From: Amoebidium appalachense
Lineage: Eukaryota > Protista > Ichthyosporea
Length of the DNA: 64,000 nucleotides
Direction of reading: 5' to 3'
NCBI GenBank assembly: GCA_963693365.1
Contig: CAVNZM010000001.1
Span: 143,844-207,843 of the forward strand
Of this stretch, positions 1 through 13,340 are shown in pieces. Below the pieces are notes generated by a model. It made no database searches. It was not told where the DNA came from and saw only the letters and a list, made by a program, of their open reading frames with translations. Numbering within the stretch: the stretch's first letter is position 1; each line of letters opens with the position of its first letter. Both the position numbers and the translations under genes were made by a program.

Positions 1-52
<52 letters not shown>

Positions 53-123
53 GGCGGACACATCAGTTGTTCCTGGTGTGTCCCCCGCCATTGCCAGGTG
101 CATGCTTGAGGGGGGGGGGGGGG

Positions 124-172
124 AGCGAGGAAAGATGTGTGCTCTATGTTTGTGTGTATGGGCAGAAGGGCG

Positions 173-203
<31 letters not shown>

Positions 204-250
204 AGCGAGGAAAGATGTGTGCTCTATGTTTGTGTGTATGGGCAGAAGGG

Positions 251-282
<32 letters not shown>

Positions 283-561
283 GCGAGGAAAGATGTGTGC
301 TCTATGTTTGTGTGTATGGGCAGAAGGGGCGGGGGGGGGGGGGGGGGGGGGGGGGGGGGAGCGAGGAAAGATGTGTGCTCTATGTTTGTGTGTATGGGCA
401 GAAGGGCGGGGGGGGGGGGGGGGGGGGGGGGGGAGCGAGGAAAGATGTGTGCTCTATGTTTGTGTGTATGGGCAGAAGGGGGGGGCGGGGGGGGGGGGGG
501 GGGGGGGGGGGGGGAGCGAGGAAAGATGTGTGCTCTATGTTTGTGTGTATGGGCAGAAGGG

Positions 562-603
<42 letters not shown>

Positions 604-1017
604 GCGAGGAAAGATGTGTGCTCTATGTTTGTGTGTATGGGCAGAAGGGCGGGGGGGGGGGGGGGGGGGGGGGAGCGAGGAAAGATGTGTGCTCTATGTT
701 TGTGTGTATGGGCAGAAGGGCGGGGGGGGGGGGGGGGGGGGGGGGGGGAGCGAGGAAAGATGTGTGCTCTATGTTTGTGTGTATGTGCAGAAGGGCGGGG
801 GGGGGGGGGGGGGGGGGGGGGGGAGCGAGGAAAGATGTGTGCTCTATGTTTGTGTGTATGGGCAGAAGGGCGGGGGGGGGGGGGGGGGGGGGAGCGAGGA
901 AAGATGTGTGCTCTATGTTTGTGTGTATGGGCAGAAGGGCGGGGGGGGGGGGGGGGGGGGGGGGGGGGGAGCGAGGAAAGATGTGTGCTCTATGTTTGTG
1001 TGTATGGGCAGAAGGGC
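124..1017. repeat. Tandem array of 12 copies of a ~48-bp unit separated by poly-G tracts of variable length
   Basis: AGCGAGGAAAGATGTGTGCTCTATGTTTGTGTGTATGGGCAGAAGGGC starts at 124, 204, 282, 360, 434, 515, 603, 674, 749, 824, 893 and 970; the spacers are essentially only G. Confidence 0.95.
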
Positions 1018-1331
1018 GGGAGGGGGGGTTGGGGGGAGGGGGAGGGGATGGGCAGACAGAATAGGGGACGGTTTGTTATAATGTTTCACACAGCCACTGC
1101 ACACTCCCTTTTTCTCCCTCTCCTCCCTCCTTCCCATTTCGCCTCCCTTCCTCAGTCACTCCCCCCATTCCTGCCTCTCCCCTCCACTCCCCACCCAATC
1201 CCTTTCTCCCTCCCTAACCCCTCCTCTGTGCCTCCCTTCCCCCCTCTCCCTCTCTCCTCCTCCGTTCTCCCTTTCGGGCTTCCTTACCTTCCCCATCCCC
1301 CCGTCCCCCTTCCACCCCACCACCACCACCA

Positions 1332-1429
<98 letters not shown>

Positions 1430-1431
1430 AG

Positions 1432-1633
1432 TGACAAAGTGTGTCTGTCTTGCATTTGCACCATCCCCACATGCAGCTCAAGACACAACCCCTGACAATA
1501 CACAAGTACACAACCCCATCAACATAATCTCGCATAATGCTATCATCCGCTGCACCCCCCCCCCGCTCCCCCCTGCACGCCAACTATGCATGCACACACC
1601 AAAAAAAAAAAAAAAAGACTGGAATTCCTTACA

Positions 1634-1690
<57 letters not shown>

Positions 1691-1883
1691 CGGACACATC
1701 AGTTGTTCCTGGTGTGTCCCCCGCCATTGCCAGGTGCATGCTTGAGACTGTGGCGCGGTGGCACATGGAGTTCCATCCGTGGTCGTGGATCAGCAAGCCA
1801 ACAGTGGCACAGTTTGCACCAAGAATGCTGCAGGAGTACATCCAGCAACAGATGCTGTGCACACAGGTATTTTGGCAAGGGGG

Positions 1884-1916
<33 letters not shown>

Positions 1917-1927
1917 GGGGAAGGGGG

Positions 1928-1999
<72 letters not shown>

Positions 2000-2168
2000 G
2001 GACGGATAGCTTTAAAGTTTAAAGAAAAAGTGTGAGCAGCTTGAGGGGGAAAAAAGCTATAGGGTCGGCGGTAGGTGTTTCATGTGGAGGGTCAGTGCTT
2101 GAGTATGCCAAGTTGATGCACTGGGCTATGGTAATATTTACTAAGGTAGCCAAGGAAGCATCCGTTCT

Positions 2169-2221
<53 letters not shown>

Positions 2222-2673
2222 GGTTGTGTGATATGGGATTGCCTAGTGTGTCTGCATGGTGGTGCTCGAGCGTTGAAGACTTTTATTCACATGGGCCCTG
2301 GTGGGAGATGAATTAGTAAGAGTATTATGCAGGCATTTGGTTAGCTTCTAGCAGGTAGAACCATGCGGTTCTTCAAAGAGACTCAATAAACTAATCCTAA
2401 CGAGTGCAGGTGCTGACATCATGGGTTGCGCGTGATTGGGCAGCACATGGCAACCAGGGGGACGTCAAGAAGGATGACACGGTCTTTGGGATTATAGTGC
2501 AGCTGGGCAGGCAGATCTGTGCGATGAGAGAGGGTGAGCTGCCACTCACGATTAGCGATGAGGGCGTGCGACTGGCGGTTGCTATGGTCTCGCCGAATCG
2601 GATTGCAGCTGAGGAAAGCGCTGAGTATCTGGAAAAGGAAATGGGAGGCAAGAAGGTGCGCGGCAGGAAATAG
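1432..2673 (+). CDS. 3' part (last 3 visible exons) of a spliced gene of unknown function
   Basis: Exons 1432-1505, 1690-1866 and 2410-2673 have GT-AG borders and compatible phases, with CTAAC before the 2410 acceptor. The spliced product reads ...TKCVCLAFAP...[37 protein letters not shown]...LCTQ/VLTSWVARDW...KKVRGRK*. No family recognised. Confidence 0.7.
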
Positions 2674-3624
2674 ATTTTGATTGGCCCTGGTTGTTAAGGA
2701 GAGGGGTTACGTTGAATGTTGTATGCAAAGAAACGGTGTGAACGGTGGCAGTTATTGATTGCTTCCGTACTTGTGTACACTCATGTATAGGCGTTTTACC
2801 TTGTGATCAGCATTGGTTTTAGTATTTGAGTATACATTTAGACTAGGTGTGTGTAGTGCCCGTGCATATGTAAATATGTGTATTTGCTGCAATTCCTCAT
2901 ATTCTGATGGAAACACTCCAACGTATACGTACCATAATTGCTATGTACTGCACACTTGTTCATGCCGGCAGAGCACGAATGTTAAACGCGACGCTGTATG
3001 CTTTAGCTTGTGAGTGAGTCCCTAGCCCGGGGTCATGCATATGTGAGTGGGTTCGCAAACTCGGGAATGTAATAACTATTGAACTAATGATTGCAACATT
3101 CCTACTTTTGCACTCTAATATTGTTTGCCCTGATGATCCATGTGTATGTGTCCTGGGGTGTACTTATAAGGATCATTGGATTACCCAGCCCTTGTCCCTC
3201 TCGATCTGTCCTCTTCTTGTACATGTATGCACCTATGGCACGCGGCATGCGCATGGAGGTTGCTATGCACGTGCGCATCACCGGGATCCCCCTAGGCTTC
3301 CCCCTCGAGCTCCCCCACCTGCTCCTCCTCCACCGTGGCACTTGCCACCTCGCATGCCCTTAGACTAGCTGTCGGGCGGGCGTCGGAGGCACAGTGCCAC
3401 CGCCAGGGCCCGGGCCCAGCTGCCAGCTGCAGGCCGCGGACACCGTCGGCGTGGCACATGTATCCCAGCTGGCTCTCCGAATGTCAAAAGATTTATAGCT
3501 GTGTAGCATCAACGTTTCAATTGCAAGTGTGTGTGGGTGTGTGGGTGTTTTGGTGGGGGAGGGTGTGTGTGTGTAGTGTGTGTGTGTGCGTGTGCGTGCA
3601 TGTGGTGGTGGTGGCCGTGTGTGT

Positions 3625-3699
<75 letters not shown>

Positions 3700-4340
3700 A
3701 TGATCGTTGTTCGGGGGAAATCTGTGTAACATCAACATTCAAGTGTGTTGGCACAGTCGACTGTGTGTGTGTGTCAGGAGTGTGTGTGTGGGAGGGGGGG
3801 AGGGGGGGGGGGGGGAATCTGCATGTTCGTCTCAGTCAATCATTCGCCTCGGATGAGTACGTGCATGCACGTGCACGCGTATCTAATGAAGGTGTATGCC
3901 TGGTGGCCCGGCTCTGGCATGCGTACGTAGAAAATGTTGAGGTGTCATACATGCACACTCACAGCTCCTGTACCGCTCCAGTAGGATGATTTGCAATTCC
4001 TTAACTGTTTTCGCCGACCTTTTCTTTTCTGTATATATATCAGCATTATAGCATTTTGTTCTACTTGTTATAGATATGCCCTGGCCCAAAACTCTATGCA
4101 GGAGTATAGGAAGGAATGGCAAACCGTGCATGCAGGTAATCCCATTTGTCTAGACTAAGCTCTCGACCTATTTGAATCTCTCTGTAATCGTAATCACTCA
4201 GACTTTGTTTGCACAGGTATGTGCTTACATGCTCAGTTACCTAGGCATTCCCTATCCAGCCTAGCTCTGCTTTCTTATATCAATTAACACACTTCAGCTC
4301 ACACTAACATCCTTGCCTACTAAACCCCTTACCCAAGTGT

Positions 4341-4723
4341 TCAATGTGTGGATACCGGCTTACGAAGAGTCAAGTCAGGTGATGGAGGTGGTTCCTCGCT
4401 CACCGCCGGCACCGTCTGAGACCTCTTCAGCCTTAGCCGAGGCGGAGGAGGAGGCAATCTCCCCCCACTACTGTTTGTGCGTGTGAGGGTGGGCAGGGAT
4501 TTGTATCGCTGCATATCTGTTCCCTGGGGGGCCATTGTGGGCACACCGCCTCGCAGCTGCACCTCGTACTGTCCCAGTTGGGCAAGGAACCCTGGGTTTG
4601 GTCGGACCATGAAGCGCTTGGACTTAACCAGCGCATAGGCATCGCTAAGCGTGATGTTGTTGCGGGCCTGAGGTGGGTTGGCGAGGGGGGAAGAGTGGGA
4701 GGGGAGGATGGAGGGCGGGCGGG

Positions 4724-4756
<33 letters not shown>

Positions 4757-5041
4757 GGAGGGGCGGGGAGGGGAAGGGGGGGGGAGGGGGAATGGATGGA
4801 CTTATTTTTGAGCAAGTGAAAAAGAGGAAAAGCCTGATAGAACAAAGAATGCAACAAAGACGTAACCGAGCAAGAATACAAGAAAAGAAATGAGAAGGCA
4901 GGAACGACTAATGACGAGTCCATCATGACCTCTTTTTGGGGGGGGGGGGGGGGGGGGGGGGGGGGATGGGGGGGGATGGGGGGATATGCATTTCATTTAA
5001 GCGCGCAAAGCAAAAGGAAACCAGTTGAACGCAGAGGAGGA

Positions 5042-5073
<32 letters not shown>

Positions 5074-5496
5074 ATATGTAAGTATTAAAGGCTGGAACTG
5101 TGGAACGGAGACATAAAAAGACAGCTACACAAAAACACAAAGATCTAAAAACCAGAAACTAAAAATATAAATCAGAGGGAAGGGGGAGGGGGGGAGGGGG
5201 GGGGGGGGGGGGGGGTTAGTACAATCGCAAAGACTTAACAGAACTTTCGAATACTTTGAAAATCAGATAGCATGGACACGAAGCAGTACATTATGGAAAA
5301 ACGTTATGTGTCTGCACACACGAGTTGTACAATTGTGTGTGTGCGCGCCCCCGTGTGTGTGTGAGTGTGCGTGTGAGTGAGTGAGTGAATGTGTGTGTGT
5401 GTGCCACAGTGTGTGTGTGTGTGCGTGTGTTGGTGGGGGAGAAGGGGTTGGGAGGAGGGGGAGGGGGGGGGGGAGGGGGGGAAGGGGGGGAGGGGG

Positions 5497-5532
<36 letters not shown>

Positions 5533-5785
5533 TGCAACTGGGGCTGTGTATGTACTGAGTGTGTGCAGCCACAGTTTTTGGCTTGATAGTGCATATCACT
5601 GTTTGAAGGTGCAGGCGCAAAGAGACGTGTGGCAGAGTAGGGGGGAGGAAGACTGGGTGTAGGTGGGGAAAGGGGGGAGGGGGGGGGGGGGGGTAAAAGG
5701 ACAGGAGACGAGAGGAGTGTGGGGCGGAGGGTGAAAGGCAATGGACCCGGAGGGAGATGGGGTGGGGGGAGGGGGGGAAGGGGGT

Positions 5786-5828
<43 letters not shown>

Positions 5829-6326
5829 TTCAAGAAGAATGTCATCCAACGAGGAAGGAGAAGGGAAGGAACACTACTGGCGGAAACAACACCGAGACAG
5901 CCCAAGCAAAGAAAGTTAAGAACCCGACGACACACAGAAGCATGGACTGCAAAAGCACACGTCAGGTAGAGACAGGGTTTCCGATTCTTTCGTTTAGTTT
6001 GCTATCCCATGCCTACCAAATTTGCTCGGAATTCCACGCTTGCTTCTCCCCTCCCCTGCCCTTCCTTCTCGCCCTTGTTCGTTAAGTACTTCCTCCTGTG
6101 CACTACCCAGCCAACAAAAGCGCACGATCATGTACACTTACATACACACCAAGCCGGGAGAAAAGATTAAACTTGCACATAGGTGCAGTTAGCCCACATG
6201 AGCACTATATAGCGATATTGCACACTCACACACAAGCCGTACGCACGCACAAACACGCCAAAACGACTAAGCATGGACAACGGAGGGGTGCACGCACGCG
6301 CGTGCACGCACACAAACATACACGCG

Positions 6327-6403
<77 letters not shown>

Positions 6404-6411
6404 GCACACAT

Positions 6412-6447
<36 letters not shown>

Positions 6448-6959
6448 ACACAGACACGAACACCTACCATGATGTATGCTATGACGATGCTGGCCGAGCG
6501 ACTAGCACCTACTACACAGTGCACGAGTGTAGGCTCCCCTTTCTCCTCTCCTTCTTTCAGCCACTTTACCGCCCCTTCCAGCGCCGGTAACAAATCCTCA
6601 TCTGGTACGTCTTTTAACGGTATGTGCAAATAACTGTACTGGTGTTGGTGGAAGCACGAACTATCATCTGCTGCGTTTAGTATTCGCTTGATGCCAAGCC
6701 CGTCCAGTTCTTTCTTGTCTGCTGCGTTTCTTTCCCCCCCAAGGTATAGTATGCCGGGGATTATAGTGCTAGGGTGCATACTATAGTGTATGTTATATGT
6801 GTTCTTGCTGAACCACAGCCCGCAGAAAGAACACTCCACAGCCCCACTTGGCCAGTTCTGTGGCTCAAGTGACCCTTCGACTGTGCTGAATGCATCCTGT
6901 GATCCCTCTGTGGTTGCACGCTCAGGTATGTCTGCGACCTCACTGTTGAGGGGATCCAT
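4341..6959 (-). CDS. Dual-specificity protein phosphatase (DSP/atypical DUSP family), 2 exons
   Basis: Exons 6959-6468 and 4667-4341 (GTAGGT donor, CAG acceptor, phase 0). Motifs: IIPGILYLG, IPLKD general acid, catalytic VHCVVGASRS (HCxxGxSRS), AYIM, VRPNPGFLAQL. Confidence 0.93.
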
Positions 6960-8358
6960 GTCTTGCGTTATTCCTGACTCGTGCGTATCTATATTTGTTT
7001 TAAATCGTCTCTTTGCCCCCTCGCGTGTATCTTTCCTGAGTTGTGTGTTGTTTGTGTTGTGTTTGCCTGGTGCTTGCTACCGTTGTACCTAGGCTAGCTA
7101 CCTAGGCTGGCGTATATAGGTAAAGCTTGTTTGTTTTTATCCAGAGTCAGCAAAAACAAGTTTGCACCCCCTCCCTCGTAGGCCTGGTGATTGGCTGGTG
7201 GCGCATCAGTGGCTCGCAAACCTCGGGAGTCGCGATAGAAAAGCTGACACACTGTGGCTCTCTGTCGGCTCTCCACCCCCGTGGAATTCTAAGAGACGGT
7301 CGCGGGTCATCCAGGGCAGGACACAGCTGCCTTAGCAGGCCGGGACAGCCGTTGTATCCGTATCACACAATTTAGGCCCTCCTCTTTGTCCCCTTGTGTA
7401 GATGTCCATACCTCCAGCACCGCACATTTACCGCATGTTGCATTACGACATACATACACATGCCGGATGTGCACACACACGATGAAAACCGTTGAAAATG
7501 TGTCTCTCGCCCTGTGTCACCTTATTCTCTCTCTTCTCTACTCTACTCTTATTCTACTACTACCCCTTGGATTGTGCAAAACCTGAAATTTTTAGCTTCA
7601 GAAAATCGTAGCGTAAGAGGGGGGTACTTTGACGAATTACAACATCCAAGAGAGAACTCAACCGAGTGCTCTCTTATCAACTGAGGTTCATTTCCACTAC
7701 TAATTATAAGACCTTTCATAAATAGGATTTCTACTACGCTTACTGATATAGAGTATACAAAAGATACGGATCACTAATAGGTATCTACCCGGAGACAGGA
7801 ACCCCTCACTTATCCGTGTTATTCTCCTTGCATCTGAGCTATATCCTTCCACATAAAACTATTACGGTAAACTAATAGTTGACCATCATGATGAGTCCTC
7901 CTACTTACTTCCAGTCGTTTCATTAATTATATACACTAGATGAATGAATGTCTCCTCATTTATACGAATCTTACAAGAGGAAATCTTTAGTACTGGTACT
8001 CTTGTTTTTCGAGTACCTGTTACAGCTATAGTACTATGGTACTATTGTACCATCTCTTACTAAAAAGAATAATAGCTTTAGTAAGAACTAGCCCCTCCTC
8101 GAGGAGAGACACCTTGAATAATAATATAGGCTATAATAATTACATGGATAGCAGAAAAACAAACAAATAAAAATTCAGAATAAAATCTGAATACTGGGAA
8201 TGTCCGAACACACCTGGCCATGGGTTTCATGTTCGCACGTGTGTGTGGGCAGACCATGCGTGTGATACACTGCCAGGTGCATGTAGGTGCAAGAATGTGT
8301 GTGTATCTTTGTGTACGTCACGGTGTGTGATTGCACACGGTGTGTGTGTGTGTGCCAC

Positions 8359-8409
<51 letters not shown>

Positions 8410-8434
8410 ACGTGTCTGTGTACATGTGTGTGTG

Positions 8435-8502
<68 letters not shown>

Positions 8503-9007
8503 ACGTGTGTGTGTGTGTGTGTGTGTGCGTGTGTGTGTGTGTGTGATCAGAAGCAAGAATTGTGAATCATTGCCAAGTCGAAAACAACTTTTAACATTCA
8601 GCTCTAAATTGGAAAAACAAAGACAAAGCTGAAAAACTTCTATTCATAAAATCATCAACCCACTTGTTAAAAAGCACCACAACAGCTTCTCAACAAAAAA
8701 AAAAACAAAAAAAAAGCCACATAGTATTGGGTTTTATGTGCCTCCGCCGGATTAATATTCACTTTTCCAATTCTTCTTCACCTGCACGTGCTTTGGCAGC
8801 TTCGGGCGGCATGCCCGGTCTGAGGGTGTCCTGCCGTGCACATCATGTAACTCCCCACACCCCCAATCCCCCACCCTCCCCACCTCCTGCCCTTTCCCGG
8901 ATGACGCTTTGTATTTAGGGTTGGTTCGGGTTCGAAAATGTGAGGGGAGCGACTGTGTACGGGTGTGGGGGGGTGGGTGAGTGGGGGGGGTCACGGGGGG
9001 TGGGGGT

Positions 9008-9042
<35 letters not shown>

Positions 9043-9140
9043 GTGGGTGGCGGTGGCGGTATATACTGTGTGTGGGATGGGTTTGTGTTTGTGTATACGT
9101 GCGTGTTTTCGTGCCCTTGTGTGTGTCACGTGTGTGTGTA

Positions 9141-9184
<44 letters not shown>

Positions 9185-9574
9185 CGTGTGGGTGGGTGGG
9201 TGGGTGGGTGGGTGTACATGTGCCGGTGTGCGCACGCGCTGCAAAACCAACCCAAGCTCTGGCCCAACGTGAGATTTGACCCTAAAAAGTTTTTTTTTCA
9301 ATTTCCAATGAAATAGAGCAACCTTCAACGGGAAAAAAAGAACGGAAGAAAACTTCTAACCAAAAAAAGAAGGAGAAACACAAAGCAAGCGCACCAATGT
9401 TGGAGTGTATCGGACACGTTTTCGAGATTCAACATGAAAGCCAGCATAATGATACGCTGCCAGTGGAGCATGTGATTTAGAAAGCCAGTGGCCTGCGGCC
9501 CACACTCTCGCCAGTGTCATGCCACGTATCTGACGGGTGCCATGCAGCACACCACCTCCCGCGCATATATCCAG

Positions 9575-9610
<36 letters not shown>

Positions 9611-10231
9611 CTGTCCCGTGAGACCGATCTTGAAGCTGAAGCCATAGAGAGGTGTTGGAGGACTCCGGGACCATATCGGAGAAGTGTTGGAGGACTCCGG
9701 GAGAAGGAGGGGGGCGGAGATTGGGGGGGGGGGGGGGTGGGGACGGAGGGGAGGTGTAGATAAGATAATGAACCCTACATTCAGCCGAGGAACCGTAGGC
9801 TACACTACCGGCTATACTCCTGCAGTGCAAGCCCCTGCCGAATGGCCGACACAAGAGGTACTTGCGCTGTGTGTACACGTTGTGCCAAAAAGAAATTCGG
9901 CCATCATGATTGGAGGTGGAGGAAGAGGGGCAATATTGTGTCGGGTTGCTGTATCACGCCGCATTTCTGATTTTCGTAGTCAGCATCAACACGAGCTTTT
10001 CAAAAGCCCAAGCGCCACGTGTATCACAATCATCCACTGTACAATTTCGACTTTCTTGCATTCATAATCCTAAATTCTTCACATGACTCAACAAGCTATG
10101 TTCAAAGAGCCGTACTCTAGTACTTACTACCACTATGCATCCTTACAGTTGATTACGGCTAATAAACGACACCCAGCGATATTTAACCCTGTTTGCACAT
10201 GGGATTAAACATCTAACTTCCTCGAAATCAT

Positions 10232-10639
10232 CTACTTTGTGCCTAGCAGAGGCTCACGCTCTGCGTTAACCCCGGCTCTTCTCTCTCCCGCCTTAAACGC
10301 CACCATAGCAACCAATAGGAAAGACAGCCCCATGACAACGCTAACAATCGTGGCCGTGGTGGAATCTGATTGGGCGGGGAACGGCTGGCCTAGGATGTTG
10401 CTAGAAGCACCCAGACGATACGGGTCCACTTCAGGGGTTTTGGGGATGACGTCATCGTATGATTCGTTGTTGAGGAAGCGCTTCAGGAGGTCATATCCGA
10501 CTATGGGGTCATCCTGGGGGTGTTGAATATGTCAGTGTGTGGACATATTAAGGTGGTTGTTGACTTGTTATTTCTTTTATGCCCCTTTTGGTCCCAAAGA
10601 GGGAAGGGAGGAGGGGAAGGGCAAGGGGGGGGGGGAGGT

Positions 10640-10670
<31 letters not shown>

Positions 10671-11781
10671 CGGGGGTTTTGAATGCGTCAAAAAGTACGA
10701 AGTACACAAGAACAAACGGATAACACGATGCAGAATGCAAGCCATACATAAAGAGTATGCATAATAAGCAGAGCCCATCCTCAGGGGGGGCCCACGTCAT
10801 CCACAGTACCCGAGTTTCGACCTATTCCCCTCGTTAACGAAACCCAACTCAGATACTGTTTCACTTGAACATGAGTAGGTCACCCGTCTTGATCAGAGAC
10901 GAGCAGGGTTGCTTATGCAGGCAAGGGCAGTGGGAAAGGCCGGGGGTTAAAGTTGCAGCAGTAAGCAGAAGCAAGAAAAATATATCGGGGGGGGGGATGT
11001 ATGCATTAGAGGGCTGGAAATATGGAGAAGACAACCTAGGACAAGCTACGAAACGTCACAAAAACAAGACACCCGAAATCAAACAATTTAAGCGTGCACG
11101 CAGAAAACACTTGAACAGAGCCCATCATCAGGTGGGTAAGGGAAGGGGGGGGGGAGAGGTTGTATGCATTAGAGGGTTAGAGATATTGTGAAGGAACCAT
11201 GTGGTTACAAATTAACGTTACTGTGGTTTCTTCTTAGATGACAGGGGGGCAAGGGGTGCTAGGGTGCAAGAGTACCGGACTAAAGTGCTTTGCTCTCGAA
11301 TAACAGGACCATGCCCAAAAAAACCACACTTCGCTTGTGCCGTGCTACAAGAAGGGACAAAGACCACGCAAACAACCCCTCTCGTCCTAGGCACAATAAC
11401 AAAACCAAGGCTAAAAAGCAAGAAAAATCACATCGCACTCACCATAGGCACCAGGTGTCCGACATTATGCACCGTGACGTAGTACAGGTTGCCGTGGCTC
11501 TTGCTGTACCCAGCAATCTTGCCGTTAACCTTCCACAGTGCACGTGGTGTCTTTACCCAGTCGTTGGCTCCCGACCACTTGAGGCGGCGAATCCACATCT
11601 CATTGCCGATGTGGTTGCATGAGAGATCGAGATCGCCATTGTAGATAAGGGCACGGTATTGCTCCACTAGAACCTGGGGGGTAGGTGTGTGAGACAAGTT
11701 TAAGACCATGTTTCTTTTGGTTTCACCTGTGTTGTTGTGTACGTGCTTGTGTGTGTGTGTGTGTGTACGTGCGTGCGTGTG

Positions 11782-11813
<32 letters not shown>

Positions 11814-11856
11814 TGTGTGTGCGCGTGCGCGCGTGTGTGTGTGTGCGCGCGCGCGC

Positions 11857-11887
<31 letters not shown>

Positions 11888-12021
11888 TGGGTGTGGGTGT
11901 GGGTGTGTATGTGTGTGCGTGTGCGTGTGTGTGTGTGCGCGCGCGCGCATGCGTGTGCGCGTCTGTGTGTGCAAAATGGGATGCAGGGTGTTCGTGTGTG
12001 CGTGGAAGCAAGCTAGGGACA

Positions 12022-12057
<36 letters not shown>

Positions 12058-13299
12058 GAGGGTAAAGGGGGGGGGGGGGGGGGGAAGGGGGGGAGGGGAG
12101 GAAGGGGGGGGGGGGGGGGGGGGGCAAGTGTTGTACGTGCAGTATGTCTCTGTACGTGCACAGGAGCCGTGTGCGTGTGGGCCTGCATTGTATCGAATGA
12201 CGTGTGGATGTGGGTAAGTGCGTCTGTTGCGTACATCCAAGTGTGTGCACGTATATGCTTGTGTGTAGATGTGCATGGACGTGTACGGGCGGGTGTGAGT
12301 GTGCCCGTTCGAAGGGGTTTTTTTTTTTCAATCAATGACGCACTAGATCACAGAAGTAAAATGGCCACGGGTATAAACAAAACACAGCAAGTCATTCGCA
12401 GGATGTTGAGATGGAAATCAGGATGCCAAACAAGAGTGACGAGAGAATTGGCATAACCTCTACGTATCCAGAAGATATGTGGCTATAAGGGGAAGCAGGA
12501 TGAGGTGGCAGGGTGAGGTCAGAGGCAGAGGAAGGGAAGTAGTATGGTAGCATGTGTCTCCGTAAGGGGGAGGGAAGGGGAGGGTGGGGGTGGGGTTGAG
12601 AGATAGGGTTGAAACGTTTCATTTCGAGTACAAAGTCCTACGACACCATGCAAAAAAGAACTCATTCTCTGCGCGCGCAAGGGGAGGAGGGGGGAGGGGG
12701 GGGGAGGGGAGGGGGGCAATGGTACATTTAGCTCCTTGAGCATTGAAATAGGCCTGTCATGGGCCATGCTCTTGCTGACGGCACTGCTGCAGCACACCCA
12801 TTCCCGCTGGGTCACATGGATGGCTGATTTGACATCCGCATGATTGAGAAACAGATCGATGGGGCTGCCTGCGGGTGGATGTGTGAGCATGAGTTAAAAA
12901 AAAGCGGGGGGGGGGGGGGGGGGGGAGGATTGAGGGAGGGGGGACGGGTGAGAGCAAGGTGGTTTGAAAAAGGGGAAATGGGGCATGTATCAGATGTTTG
13001 TCGGTTCCTCAGCCAAAAAAAGAGCCCGACCCCGTAGCCATCAATCATCATCTAAACACTGCCCCGATCATGTTTCCCCTTCACACCTCAGCCAACTTCA
13101 TAGGCGTAACACAAACACAGCAACCAGGGCTTGCAGAAGGCATGGACTTTCGTTTAGTAAGTCGAGGGGAAAAGAGAAACACGGAGCGTTCTACACTTTG
13201 CCCCCCCTCCCCCCCCCCCCCCTCCCCCCAAACCACCACCAGTGCCATGGGTTCGCAAGCAATGTGGGTTGCCGCGAGCGCGCATAGACACGCGCGCGC

Positions 13300-13340
<41 letters not shown>

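Noticed and set aside
124-1017. CRISPR array
   Set aside because: Spacers are homopolymeric G, there are no cas genes, and the context is a eukaryotic intron.
67-1434. Long Gly-rich ORFs here, and all HT/CV/poly-P/poly-G ORFs in the track
   Set aside because: They are translations of stop-free microsatellites and homopolymers, often open in several frames.
3200-3480. GC-rich patch as exon or TE
   Set aside because: No recognisable motif, splice partner or second copy.
9652-9702. 19-bp direct repeat GTGTTGGAGGACTCCGGGA twice
   Set aside because: Only two copies with no associated structure; probably a local duplication.
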